A stretch of DNA of 64,000 nucleotides, from positions 32,001-96,000 of the forward strand of contig JAWBBK010000001.1 of assembly GCA_038824665.1 (NCBI GenBank), written 5' to 3'. The DNA comes from Acidilobaceae archaeon (GTDB taxonomy: Archaea; Thermoproteota; Thermoprotei_A; Sulfolobales; Acidilobaceae). The notes beneath the pieces are model-generated. The model saw only the letters and a program-made list of their open reading frames with translations, was not told the DNA's origin and made no database searches. The position numbers and the translations under genes were made by a program. Positions 28,159 through 37,343 of this stretch are shown one piece after another. Each line of letters starts with the position of its first letter. The stretch's first letter is position 1.

Positions 28159-29817
28159 TTGATCTGGGACTTGCTACTGAAGATCTTTAAAAAAAGCGAT
28201 GACGTTCTAGCGAGAGACCAGTTTTTGGAGAAACCCCAAGATGATCTCACAGTTCCTGAAACCCCTGAGATCAAAGGATATGAAAACCATGAGGTAGTAG
28301 ATAGATATACAGTATCCAAACCCTATGCTCATGTATTTATATTGGAGGACAGAGATAATAGAGAGAGACTTTACTACGTTTACGAAAGTCCTTTAAACGA
28401 GTATGAAGTAAAGGTCTTCGAGAAGCTAAAGCGAATCTTAGAATGGGAATTAAAGCCTTTCGACAGGTCTCTGGCTACAAAGAGTTCTCTCAAGATGTCA
28501 GAGCTAGAAGCAGAAAAAGAGTACTTGCTAGATCAGGTCAGAAGTCTCTTGAAGAGATATAGTATAAGACTAGAGGCAGCGCTTAGGAAAAGGATCGATT
28601 GGAACAAAATCTACTATTATCTGGTTAGAGACAGTATAGGATATGGACCTCTAGATGTAATTATGAAGGACCCTTATATAGAAGACGTCAGTTGTAATGG
28701 CGTCGGTAAGCCCGTATATGTTTGGCATCAGAAGTATGAAAGTATGCCCACAAACATAGTCTTTGAGACAGAAGAAGAGCTAGACTCCATGGTGTTGAAG
28801 CTTGTTCATAAGGCAGGAAAACATATAAGTAGCGCATTCCCTATAGCTGATGCTGTCTTGCCTGAAGGTCATAGGCTTGCCGCTACGTTTAGAAAAGAGG
28901 TCAGCACTCGTGGCTCAACGTTTACCATAAGGAAGTTCAAAGAGAAACCTCTGAGCGTAGTTGACCTCGTGCTAGGCGGCACGCTAGATCCTATGACTGC
29001 TGGGTACTTGTGGCTAGCTATGGAACACAAAATGCCAGGCGTAGTGATAGGGGTCACTGGCTCGGGTAAGACGACGATGTTAAACGCTTTGGCTACGTTG
29101 TTCAGACCTAACATCAAGGTAGTCACTATAGAGGACACGGCCGAGCTGAAGTTGACCTTAGAGAACTGGGTACAACTCGTAGCTAGACCTAGCTATGCTC
29201 TCGGCGGTAGCAAAGTCGGAGAGGTCACACTTTACGACCTCGTAAAGGTGAGTCTGAGATACAGACCAGACGTGATAATAGTAGGTGAAATCAGAGGAGA
29301 GGAAGCCTATGTGTTGTTCCAAGCAATGGCCACAGGTCACGGGGGACTAACTACAGCACACGCCGAACACGTTAGGAATCTAGTGAGAAGGCTTACGAGC
29401 CCGCCTATGAACATACCGCCCAGCTACATACCCCTGCTTAAGTGGTGTCTTCTGGTCAGAAGAGTGACGTTGACTACTGAGCGCGGTCCTGTGACAACCA
29501 GAAGGGTCTTCAACGTGTGGGAGATCAAAGACTACGAGAACTACAAGGCTACAGTAGCTTGGGACCCCGCTAAAGACAAGTTCTCTCTTGACCTTAGAGA
29601 AAGTATAATAGTAAGAGAGGTTAGCCTCTACGTAGGTAAAACTCCAGAAGAGATTGAAGAGGAAGTGAAGAGAAGAGCTACCGTTATCCAGTGGATGGCA
29701 CTTACAGGTAAGAGAGACTATAGAGAGGTAGCTAACGTCGTTTACATGTACTACAGATTCCCCGAAGAGGTCTACAAGAGAGCAAAAGAGGAGGTGACTC
29801 AACATACAAAGAAGTAG
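28159..29817 (+). CDS. Type IV pilus assembly ATPase (ArlI/CpaF/VirB11 family)
   Basis: D..IEDVSCNG, GVTGSGKTT, IEDTAEL, LRYRPD.IIVGEIRG.EA, TGHGGLTTAHA. Confidence 0.93.
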   Translation: MIWDLLLKIFKKSDDVLARDQFLEKPQDDLTVPETPEIKGYENHEVVDRYTVSKPYAHVFILEDRDNRERLYYVYESPLNEYEVKVFEKLKRILEWELKPFDRSLATKSSLKMSELEAEKEYLLDQVRSLLKRYSIRLEAALRKRIDWNKIYYYLVRDSIGYGPLDVIMKDPYIEDVSCNGVGKPVYVWHQKYESMPTNIVFETEEELDSMVLKLVHKAGKHISSAFPIADAVLPEGHRLAATFRKEVSTRGSTFTIRKFKEKPLSVVDLVLGGTLDPMTAGYLWLAMEHKMPGVVIGVTGSGKTTMLNALATLFRPNIKVVTIEDTAELKLTLENWVQLVARPSYALGGSKVGEVTLYDLVKVSLRYRPDVIIVGEIRGEEAYVLFQAMATGHGGLTTAHAEHVRNLVRRLTSPPMNIPPSYIPLLKWCLLVRRVTLTTERGPVTTRRVFNVWEIKDYENYKATVAWDPAKDKFSLDLRESIIVREVSLYVGKTPEEIEEEVKRRATVIQWMALTGKRDYREVANVVYMYYRFPEEVYKRAKEEVTQHTKK

Positions 29818-29863
29818 TCTCAAAGACTCAGAGGGGAATCCGAGAGCAAAGACGAGAGGAGAA

Positions 29864-31600
29864 GTGGACTTCATAGATGTTTACGATTACATTTCTCTGA
29901 GTCTCTTTGGTAGAATCACAGACTGGTTCACTAAGACCTTTGAACTTGAAGACGCGTTGAAGAAGGCTGGATGGAACCTCTACCCTCCTCTATATTCGGC
30001 AAGAGTACTGATGGCCACGCTTCTCTCTCTCCTCGTCTCGCTATATGTAATTCTCGTCGTCTGGTGGTTCGAGTTTAGTCTGACGTTTCGTATACTTGTC
30101 TCTGTCTTCTCGCTTCTCGTTCCGATCTTCGTCTTAGCTATTGGACTCATGTTACCATCACTAGCTGCAGACTCTAGAAGAAATAGAGTTAATAGCGAGC
30201 TTCCGTTCTTTGCTGCATACCTTACTTCAATGAGTTTAGCGGGCGTTGGCTTAATGCATATCTTGGAGCGCATATCCAAGTTGAAGGTCTTCTTCGGTAT
30301 CAGACGAGAAGCTATAATGATCTTCCGCAACGCCAAGTATATGGGTCTAGACCCTATAGACGCTTTAGAAAGAAATGCCTATGACCACCCTAGCTCTCTG
30401 TTCAGAGACTTCGTGCTAGGCTACATAACGGTACTGAAGACAGGAGCAAACCTAGTCGACTATTTAGAGGTTAGAACTAGAGACATCTTCTCTAAGAGAA
30501 TTGAGGAACTCGAGCTGATAAGTAGCAGAGTAGCGATGTACAGCGAGCTTTACATCATAATAGCCGTCGTGATCGCTATAACCTTCTACGTCTTCTTCAC
30601 TATGACCTCTATGCAACCAACTCAAACAGGTTTTGGAGGCGTTTATCAGTTCGCTCTCTTCTCCTTCATAGTGCTCCCCTTGATGACTCTTGTCGTTATG
30701 TATTTGGTCGATAGAGTTCAGCCTAAGACTCCTATAAGGATCACCTCCCCCTATCTGGCTACTCTAAACTATGGAGTCCCCATAGCTCTGTTAGCATCGC
30801 TGATAGTATTCCAGACAAGCGGAGCGTACAGAGTGCTAGAGGGGATCGTCGACAAACAGACAGTAATAGGACTATCGATGAGTGTAGGAGTCTTTTTCAT
30901 AGCTCTCAGCGTTCCGGGAGCTATAGCGTGGATGAGAGAATCTAGAAGAGCTAGAGGAGCAGGGCTTCAGCTAGCTCTGTTTCTAAGAGAACTCGTAGAG
31001 ACCAGAAAGACTGGACTAGCTCCTGAAAAAGCTATTGTGATCCTCTCCAAGAGAGACTACGGACCGCTCAACCCTGTTCTGAAAAAGATCGCTTCCGCTC
31101 TTGCCATGGGAGCCGATATAGAACAGGCAGCAACTATAGCTGTGAGAGGGTATAAAAACTGGCTCCTCTTAGCCACAATGAGGTTCTTGGTTGACGCTAT
31201 AACCTATGGAGGAGGAAGCCCAGAAACTCTTGAAAGTCTTGCCAGGTACTCAAAGAGTCTGTCCGATCTCGAAGAAGAGTTGACTAAGAAGCTCAAAGTC
31301 TACACAATAATGCCCTACGTGGGAGCTGTTTTAGTTGCTGGCTCCTCGTTGCTAATGGTGGGTCTCGCTTCTCAGAGTCTCGTTACTGGAGCCACAGGCC
31401 CTAGACTAGAAGCTATGAAAGAACAGCTTATGGTTATCTCTTTAGTAGCTAGCTTAGGGTCTATTTTAAACTCCTGGCTTATGGGACTTACTGCGGGAAA
31501 GATATCGAGCGGTACTGTAGCTGCTGGCTTTCTGCACGCTATATTGACCACGAGTTTGGCTATGGTGACCTCTGTGGCTACACTGTCTTACTTGCTTTAG
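29864..31600 (+). CDS. Type IV pilus membrane platform protein (TadC/ArlJ-like)
   Basis: Two T2SSF-like domains (ELPFF; FLRELVE..KTG..PE) with multiple TMs; follows the ATPase. Confidence 0.9.
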   Translation: MDFIDVYDYISLSLFGRITDWFTKTFELEDALKKAGWNLYPPLYSARVLMATLLSLLVSLYVILVVWWFEFSLTFRILVSVFSLLVPIFVLAIGLMLPSLAADSRRNRVNSELPFFAAYLTSMSLAGVGLMHILERISKLKVFFGIRREAIMIFRNAKYMGLDPIDALERNAYDHPSSLFRDFVLGYITVLKTGANLVDYLEVRTRDIFSKRIEELELISSRVAMYSELYIIIAVVIAITFYVFFTMTSMQPTQTGFGGVYQFALFSFIVLPLMTLVVMYLVDRVQPKTPIRITSPYLATLNYGVPIALLASLIVFQTSGAYRVLEGIVDKQTVIGLSMSVGVFFIALSVPGAIAWMRESRRARGAGLQLALFLRELVETRKTGLAPEKAIVILSKRDYGPLNPVLKKIASALAMGADIEQAATIAVRGYKNWLLLATMRFLVDAITYGGGSPETLESLARYSKSLSDLEEELTKKLKVYTIMPYVGAVLVAGSSLLMVGLASQSLVTGATGPRLEAMKEQLMVISLVASLGSILNSWLMGLTAGKISSGTVAAGFLHAILTTSLAMVTSVATLSYLL

Positions 31601-31680
31601 CCTGACTCACAACATCTAACTCAATCGCTTTACAAATTTATCTATCTGCTCCGTGGTAGAAGAACTAGGACCTGAGCGAT

Positions 31681-32337
31681 ATGAAGGTGCTCGTAGTAGG
31701 CGCTAATTTCGTTGCTCGCTACCTAGCTGAGAGGCTAGCTGAGCAAGGTCATTCTGTCACTGTCGTTGACTCAGATAGCGTCGAGTTGGATAAGATCAGA
31801 GAAAGCGCTGACGTAGAGACTTATGTGGGAGACGTCCTCGATCCTGAGTTTTATGATAACATAGACGTGTTGAGTTACGATGTAGTAGTGGTCGTCACTC
31901 AAAGAGATGAGGTCAACCTCTATGTGAGCGCTATAGCTAAGATTAAGGGAGTGAAAAGAGTATACGTAGTTTTAGGTAGAAACGAGATCGCTGAAGCAGC
32001 AAGACTTATGGGCATAACTAACGTATTGGTGTGGCCTCAGCTTGTAGCCAGCGCTCTTCAAGCCATGATTGAAGGCTCTCAAAAAGTACTACCTCTTGTC
32101 CCAGCTCTCTCAGAAAGCTATGTTCTCGTCTCTCGCGCAATATCGAAAACAGACTCGCATAGAGGCAAACAGCTAAGAGAGTTGAAGATGAAGATGAACA
32201 AGCTAGGAAGAGTTCTTGCCGTGTTGACTAAAAGAGGTTTAGAAGAACCTGAAGACTCTCTGACTCTAGAGGAAGGAGACATAATTATAACTTTAATCAA
32301 GAGAGAGCACATAGAAGAGTTCAACAAGCTACTCTGA
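31681..32337 (+). CDS. trkA: TrkA-family RCK protein
   Basis: VLVVGA..VA..LA..L...GH.V.VVD; D..NL; TrkA-C. Confidence 0.88.
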   Translation: MKVLVVGANFVARYLAERLAEQGHSVTVVDSDSVELDKIRESADVETYVGDVLDPEFYDNIDVLSYDVVVVVTQRDEVNLYVSAIAKIKGVKRVYVVLGRNEIAEAARLMGITNVLVWPQLVASALQAMIEGSQKVLPLVPALSESYVLVSRAISKTDSHRGKQLRELKMKMNKLGRVLAVLTKRGLEEPEDSLTLEEGDIIITLIKREHIEEFNKLL

Positions 32338-32349
32338 GGTGTAAAGCTG

Positions 32350-33180
32350 TTGATTGAAAGCTTGTTTGAAAGCGATCTTCAAAAACCGGCTGGAGTCTCT
32401 CTCGACATAGTGATAGGAGTTCTAGCTATAGTCTCTGCAATAGTCTTAGCTAGAAAACTCGGATATCTTCTAGCCGGAGCTAAAACAACTTTAGGACCCG
32501 AAGGCGCAAAGAGGCTTTCTGATGCATTATCGCTAATGATTTTCGGGCTAGCCCTTCTGGTGTTTCTCTATCTGATCACAGACTCTCTTGTGTTTTTAGT
32601 TATGCTTATCGGTTTTATAGGAGTCTTGGCTTTATCGTTGACTACAGTCCTCTCCAACGTTATCGCCTATTACGCTATTGCGTCTCAAGGAGTTTTGACG
32701 AAAGGAGCACAAATATTTCTACCGGACGGAGCTCATGGAGAAGTTGTTGATATCACACCAACTCACATCTTGATTAGAACTTCTGGTGGAGTCTACATCG
32801 TACCGAACTCTAAGCTCTTGAACTCTCCTGCTCTTATATCTGGAGAGTCTACAGCAGTACGTCTTAATATCAAGCTGTGGAACCTAGACCCCAAGATGAG
32901 CGCTCAAAGAGTATTAGAGTCGCTCACAGAGTCTTTAGGAGCGATCGTCAAGGACCTTTCAATGGACGCCTTAGCAAAGCCCAGGACTATAGTTTATGAG
33001 GTAGGTACAGACAGTCTAGGAGTAGCTGTAGACATTCCGCTAGCTAGCGGAGCTGGTCTAGAAAGACTTGGAAGACTTGTAGAAAGGTTGAGATCTTCTC
33101 TAAAAGAGCTGTCCCCCTCTTATAGTATTGTAGTTGAGCCTCTCGAAGGATATGAGTTGAGGTGGAAAAGCGTTGCCTAG
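32350..33180 (+). CDS. MscS-family mechanosensitive channel
   Basis: 3 N-terminal TMs; G.V.DI...H..IRT...IVPNS. Confidence 0.82.
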   Translation: MIESLFESDLQKPAGVSLDIVIGVLAIVSAIVLARKLGYLLAGAKTTLGPEGAKRLSDALSLMIFGLALLVFLYLITDSLVFLVMLIGFIGVLALSLTTVLSNVIAYYAIASQGVLTKGAQIFLPDGAHGEVVDITPTHILIRTSGGVYIVPNSKLLNSPALISGESTAVRLNIKLWNLDPKMSAQRVLESLTESLGAIVKDLSMDALAKPRTIVYEVGTDSLGVAVDIPLASGAGLERLGRLVERLRSSLKELSPSYSIVVEPLEGYELRWKSVA

Positions 33181-33454
33181 AAAAGGTAAACAGAAAGCTC
33201 CTTCAGAATGTCCTGAGTGCGGATCTAAAGCTCCTGGTCCTGTGAGAACCTGGACTCTCGTATCCCCGATACCCGATAGAGAGGGAAGGGTAACGGTCAC
33301 CGTAATGGGAGCTTTCGTCTGTCCGGAATGCGGAAAGACCTGGAACGCGACTCTACAGAAGCTAAAAAGCGGAGGACTGAAGAGCGAAGGCAGTGAAAAA
33401 GAAGAAGGAGAACCTCAAATCATAGAGTTCAGCGTTGAGGAGCTTAGAGAATAG
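33173..33454 (+). CDS. Cren7-family chromatin-like protein (two CxxC motifs, acidic tail)
   Basis: CPECG...PVRTWTLVSP...G.F.CPECGK. Confidence 0.72.
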   Translation: MPRKGKQKAPSECPECGSKAPGPVRTWTLVSPIPDREGRVTVTVMGAFVCPECGKTWNATLQKLKSGGLKSEGSEKEEGEPQIIEFSVEELRE

Positions 33455-33459
33455 CCTCA

Positions 33460-34986
33460 CTACTCCCATTCTATCGTAGCGGGAGGTTTGCTAGTCACGT
33501 CATAAACCACTCTCGAGACCGATGGGATCTCGCTGGTTATTCTTAAAGCTATTCTTTCTAAAAGGTCCCAAGGAAGTCTAGCTGGCGAAGCTGTCATCGC
33601 TTCTGAACTCTCTACAGCTCTGATCGCTATGACATACCCGTAAACTCTTCTGTTCTCTCTCACTCCTGTAGCTTTAGACGTTGTAAGCACTGCGAAGTAC
33701 TGCCAGAGCTTATCTGCAAGACCTGCTTTCTCTATCTCCTCCCATACTATGGCGTTAGCCTTCCTCACTATTTCAACTCTCTCTTCTGTTATCTCTCCCT
33801 CAACTCTTACCATTAAAGCTGGTCCTGGTACCGGTTGCCTCTTTACAATCTCTTCGGGAACGCCTAACGATTTAGCTATCCTCCTAACCTCGTCCTTGTA
33901 GAACCATTTGAGAGGCTCTATTAACTTCAGCTTGAAGTCTTTAGGTAGCCCGGCTACGTTATGATGAGTTTTTATTAAGCTAGCTCCAGGTCTCTCTCCA
34001 CTTTCTATGACGTCAGGGTATATAGTGCCCTGGACTAAGTACTCTGCACCCCACTTCTTAGCCTCTTCAGCAAGCACTTCAGCGTATACCTTGCCGAAGA
34101 TCCTTCTCTTCTCTTCAGGATCCGAAACTCCTTTAAGAGCTTTGAAGAAACGTTCTTTGGCATCAACAAGTTCCACGTTTATGTCCAGACTTCTGAGCAG
34201 TTTCAGCGACCTCTGAGGCTCGCCTGCAGGAAGGAAACCGTGATCTATCATTATAGCCTTAAGGGAGTCTCCTACAACTTTCTGAACGAGAAGAGTAGCT
34301 GTAGTCGAATCTACGCCTCCGCTGACAGCAGATATTACTCTAGCTCCTTTGAGTTCTTTCTTCAGCTCTTCTATTATCTTCTCTACTACGTCCTCTGGCT
34401 TCCAGCTCCTGTCTATGTTGTAAGTGTCGAGCCATTTAGAGATGAGTTCAATACCGTACTCTGTGTGAGTGACTTCAGGATGCCAGTAAAGGCTGTAGAC
34501 ACGACCTAGCTTGAACGCTGCTACTGGACTTCCAGAGCTTCTCGCTAGAGTAACGCTTCCAGGAGGAGCTTCTATAACTGAATGAGTATGACTCACCCAT
34601 ACCCTAATCTTGCTAGGCAGAACCTTGAACAGAGGGTCGTTTCTGTCTAGGATCTCAACGTCTGCTGGTCCGTGTTCTGAACGAGGCGAAGGACCGATTT
34701 TTCCTCCTAAAGCTAGAGCTAGAAGAAGGTGGCTAGAGCCTACAGCTAGAACAGGTTTGCCTGACTCTACGACTTTTTTCGCTAAAGAAACCGTTTCTTC
34801 GCTGAAAGAGCTTGAAGGAACTCCGCTAAAGACTATAGCGTTTGACTTCTCTACTTCTCGCAATACGTCGTCTATGCTTAGAGACGCTACTGGAAGGAGT
34901 TCGCTATAGACTCCTAGCTCTCTGAGCCTTCTAGCCATTAGGTGCGCATATTGATCTCCAAAGTCTAGTATTAAGGCTCTGCCCAA
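33460..34986 (-). CDS. guaA: GMP synthase, fused; GATase nucleophile Cys absent
   Basis: SGGVDS, QGTIYPDVIES, IKTHHNV, KPPATIEWE; HPE present but PVLAVGSSH replaces PxLGICxG. Confidence 0.93.
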   Translation of the reverse strand: MGRALILDFGDQYAHLMARRLRELGVYSELLPVASLSIDDVLREVEKSNAIVFSGVPSSSFSEETVSLAKKVVESGKPVLAVGSSHLLLALALGGKIGPSPRSEHGPADVEILDRNDPLFKVLPSKIRVWVSHTHSVIEAPPGSVTLARSSGSPVAAFKLGRVYSLYWHPEVTHTEYGIELISKWLDTYNIDRSWKPEDVVEKIIEELKKELKGARVISAVSGGVDSTTATLLVQKVVGDSLKAIMIDHGFLPAGEPQRSLKLLRSLDINVELVDAKERFFKALKGVSDPEEKRRIFGKVYAEVLAEEAKKWGAEYLVQGTIYPDVIESGERPGASLIKTHHNVAGLPKDFKLKLIEPLKWFYKDEVRRIAKSLGVPEEIVKRQPVPGPALMVRVEGEITEERVEIVRKANAIVWEEIEKAGLADKLWQYFAVLTTSKATGVRENRRVYGYVIAIRAVESSEAMTASPARLPWDLLERIALRITSEIPSVSRVVYDVTSKPPATIEWE

Positions 34987-35054
34987 AGCGCGTCATCATC
35001 TCCCTTTTAGCTTAGCGCCCTAATATAGAGTTTTCGGTTTAGTGAATGAGAGTT

Positions 35055-36710
35055 CTAGAACGGTTCTAAAGGAAAGCTAGGAAGGTCTTCAGTTCTCGTT
35101 CCTCGGTCCCAGAGTTCGACTAGGTTTGGAGTAGCTCCTACTCTTTTGCCTTTGTGTAAGTCTATGTCTACTAGCGCAGGAAACCTGCCTACCCATTCTC
35201 CCATGATTATAGCTCTTCCATCTGGGAGACTAGGTATTATCGAGGCTAGGCTTTCATCTAGAGAGTCAGCTATGTTCATTACTGTTTCAATATCTTCTCT
35301 TTGCACCATCCTCAAGAACACAAAGTTCTGAAGCTGGCTAACTACGTTCACGTCTAAGCTTCTCGGTCTCTGGCTGACTACGATAAGACAAGCTCCGAAC
35401 TTCCTGCCTTCTCTGGCTAGCCTCTGGAGACTTTGTTTTACTGGGTGTTTGAGATCTCGATCGAGGAACAGAGGAGCTTCTTCAACGACTAAAACTATTG
35501 ACTTCGTGCCTCTAGCTGTTTTAAGTCTTTCTAACACTGAGTCGGCTAGAACTTTGAGAACCCATCTTTTCTGCTCGTCTGTGAGTTCAGATGAATCAAC
35601 CACAAGTATAGTTCCGTTTCTAGCTCTAGCTACTATAGGGTCTTCTTGCAAAGTGATGGGGGTGTTTTCGAAGAACTCCTCTATCTTGTCTACTACTGTT
35701 TCTTTCTGTCTTCCGTCTGTGAGAACCTGAGTGTCCCCAGTCTTACACTTTTCCAGTTTTTCATCTAAGAAGTACTGACCGCTGACTTTGCACTCGAGGA
35801 GTTCTTTAAAACGTAAAACAGCTCTAGAAGAATTCCAGTTCAGCTCTTCATCTTCTACCTCTCTTCGCTTTTGCGTAACTATCGTTGCGTGAAGTCTAAG
35901 AACGGCTTCTTCTGTAGAGAACCCCTCTTTCTTTATCTTCTCTATTTCTTTTTTCAAATCTCTCAGAGCTACAGCTAAAGCTCTTCTCTGTCTTCGTGCT
36001 TGAGGCTCTTCAATTATTATAGATGCCATCATCTTCGGAGGTATAGTGAGAGGGTTGATCTTAGCGCTAACTTTAATCACTCTACCTACGTTGCCGTCTT
36101 CAGGTGTTATAGAGTATTCGCCATGAACGTCAAAGATTATCACAGGAGCTCCGATTTGAGAAAGCCTATCTGCAAGAATTGCGACAGTGTTGCTCTTACC
36201 TGAACCTGTAGCTCCAGCTATGAAGAGATGTTTAGCGAGCTTGTTAGGATCAACTTTTATCTCAACTCCTAGCTCACGAGGAGCTAAAACGCCAAGTCTT
36301 ACGATACCTCTCTTGCTTCCATAGATCTTTGAAAGCAATTCAGGATCAGCTGACATCAGCGGCGTATCTGGAGGTATCGGATATCTAGGAGGCTCTATGT
36401 TCCCTGTAGTCTGATCTACTTGAGCTACTATGTGAAGCAAGGACTCTACGTATTTCAGAGCAGAAGCTACAGGTCTGTGTCCTGGATTCACGTATTTCAT
36501 AACGCTTTCAGGAATAGCTGGAAGATGAGAAGACAGAGAGACCACGCCCAGAACGGTTACGCTTTTCTCTCCGCGGATCGGGTCATCGGTTTTGAAAGAA
36601 GCCGATACGTATTCTCCTACAGGAAGAGGACGTCGAGATATAGCTATGGCATTACGGTGACTCAAAGATTTAATAACGTAGCCTAGAGGCTCACTCAACT
36701 TTTTTACCAA
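35055..36710 (-). CDS. HerA-like ATPase with N-terminal HAS-barrel-like domain
   Basis: KHLFIAGATGSGKSNT, FDVHGEY, EEA, REGRKFG, SQRP. Confidence 0.88.
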   Translation of the reverse strand: MVKKLSEPLGYVIKSLSHRNAIAISRRPLPVGEYVSASFKTDDPIRGEKSVTVLGVVSLSSHLPAIPESVMKYVNPGHRPVASALKYVESLLHIVAQVDQTTGNIEPPRYPIPPDTPLMSADPELLSKIYGSKRGIVRLGVLAPRELGVEIKVDPNKLAKHLFIAGATGSGKSNTVAILADRLSQIGAPVIIFDVHGEYSITPEDGNVGRVIKVSAKINPLTIPPKMMASIIIEEPQARRQRRALAVALRDLKKEIEKIKKEGFSTEEAVLRLHATIVTQKRREVEDEELNWNSSRAVLRFKELLECKVSGQYFLDEKLEKCKTGDTQVLTDGRQKETVVDKIEEFFENTPITLQEDPIVARARNGTILVVDSSELTDEQKRWVLKVLADSVLERLKTARGTKSIVLVVEEAPLFLDRDLKHPVKQSLQRLAREGRKFGACLIVVSQRPRSLDVNVVSQLQNFVFLRMVQREDIETVMNIADSLDESLASIIPSLPDGRAIIMGEWVGRFPALVDIDLHKGKRVGATPNLVELWDRGTRTEDLPSFPLEPF

Positions 36711-36770
36711 ATTGTGTTCTGTCTGCGCTACATAATTAGCTTTACTCTTTTCAGTTAGCGTAGGGCTTGA

Positions 36771-37343
36771 GTGAAAGGTTGTGAGCTAGAATCTACAAGA
36801 CTCTTTTTAACTGGAGATCCGGGAGTAGGGAAAAGCACTATATTCTTGAAAGTCGTTGAGGAACTCCGTAAACGAGAGTGTAGAGTAGGAGGCTTTAGCG
36901 CTCCCGAAGTCAGAAGTCATAATCTAAGAGTAGGCTTTAAGATAGTGGATCTGGTCACAGGAGAAGAAGGCTGGCTAGCTAGAGCTGGAGCTCAGGGTAG
37001 GCTAAGAGTAGGTAAATATGTTGTGATTGAAGAAGACGCTTCGAAAATAGGAGTAAAAGCAATAGAAAGAGCTCTGAAAGAGTGTCACGTAGTCGCTATA
37101 GATGAGATAGGACCTATGGAGCTTCTCGTTGAAAGCCTCAAGAACGCTATAGAGAGAGCTATAGCCTCTGGAAAGCTCTATCTAGCGGTTGTTCACAGAA
37201 GGCTTCATGAAACGCACCCAAGTCTATACAGAACTCTTATTTCTCAAGCTCCTATAGTGAAAGTAACGTATGAAAACAGAGATCTATTAGCTTTCTGTTC
37301 GTCTCGCTACGCAGAACTCATAGCGTCGCGCGCTTGTCTTTAA
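36771..37343 (+). CDS. THEP1-family nucleoside triphosphatase
   Basis: LTGDPGVGKST, GF...EVR, VGKY.V, IDEIGPMEL. Confidence 0.9.
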   Translation: MKGCELESTRLFLTGDPGVGKSTIFLKVVEELRKRECRVGGFSAPEVRSHNLRVGFKIVDLVTGEEGWLARAGAQGRLRVGKYVVIEEDASKIGVKAIERALKECHVVAIDEIGPMELLVESLKNAIERAIASGKLYLAVVHRRLHETHPSLYRTLISQAPIVKVTYENRDLLAFCSSRYAELIASRACL

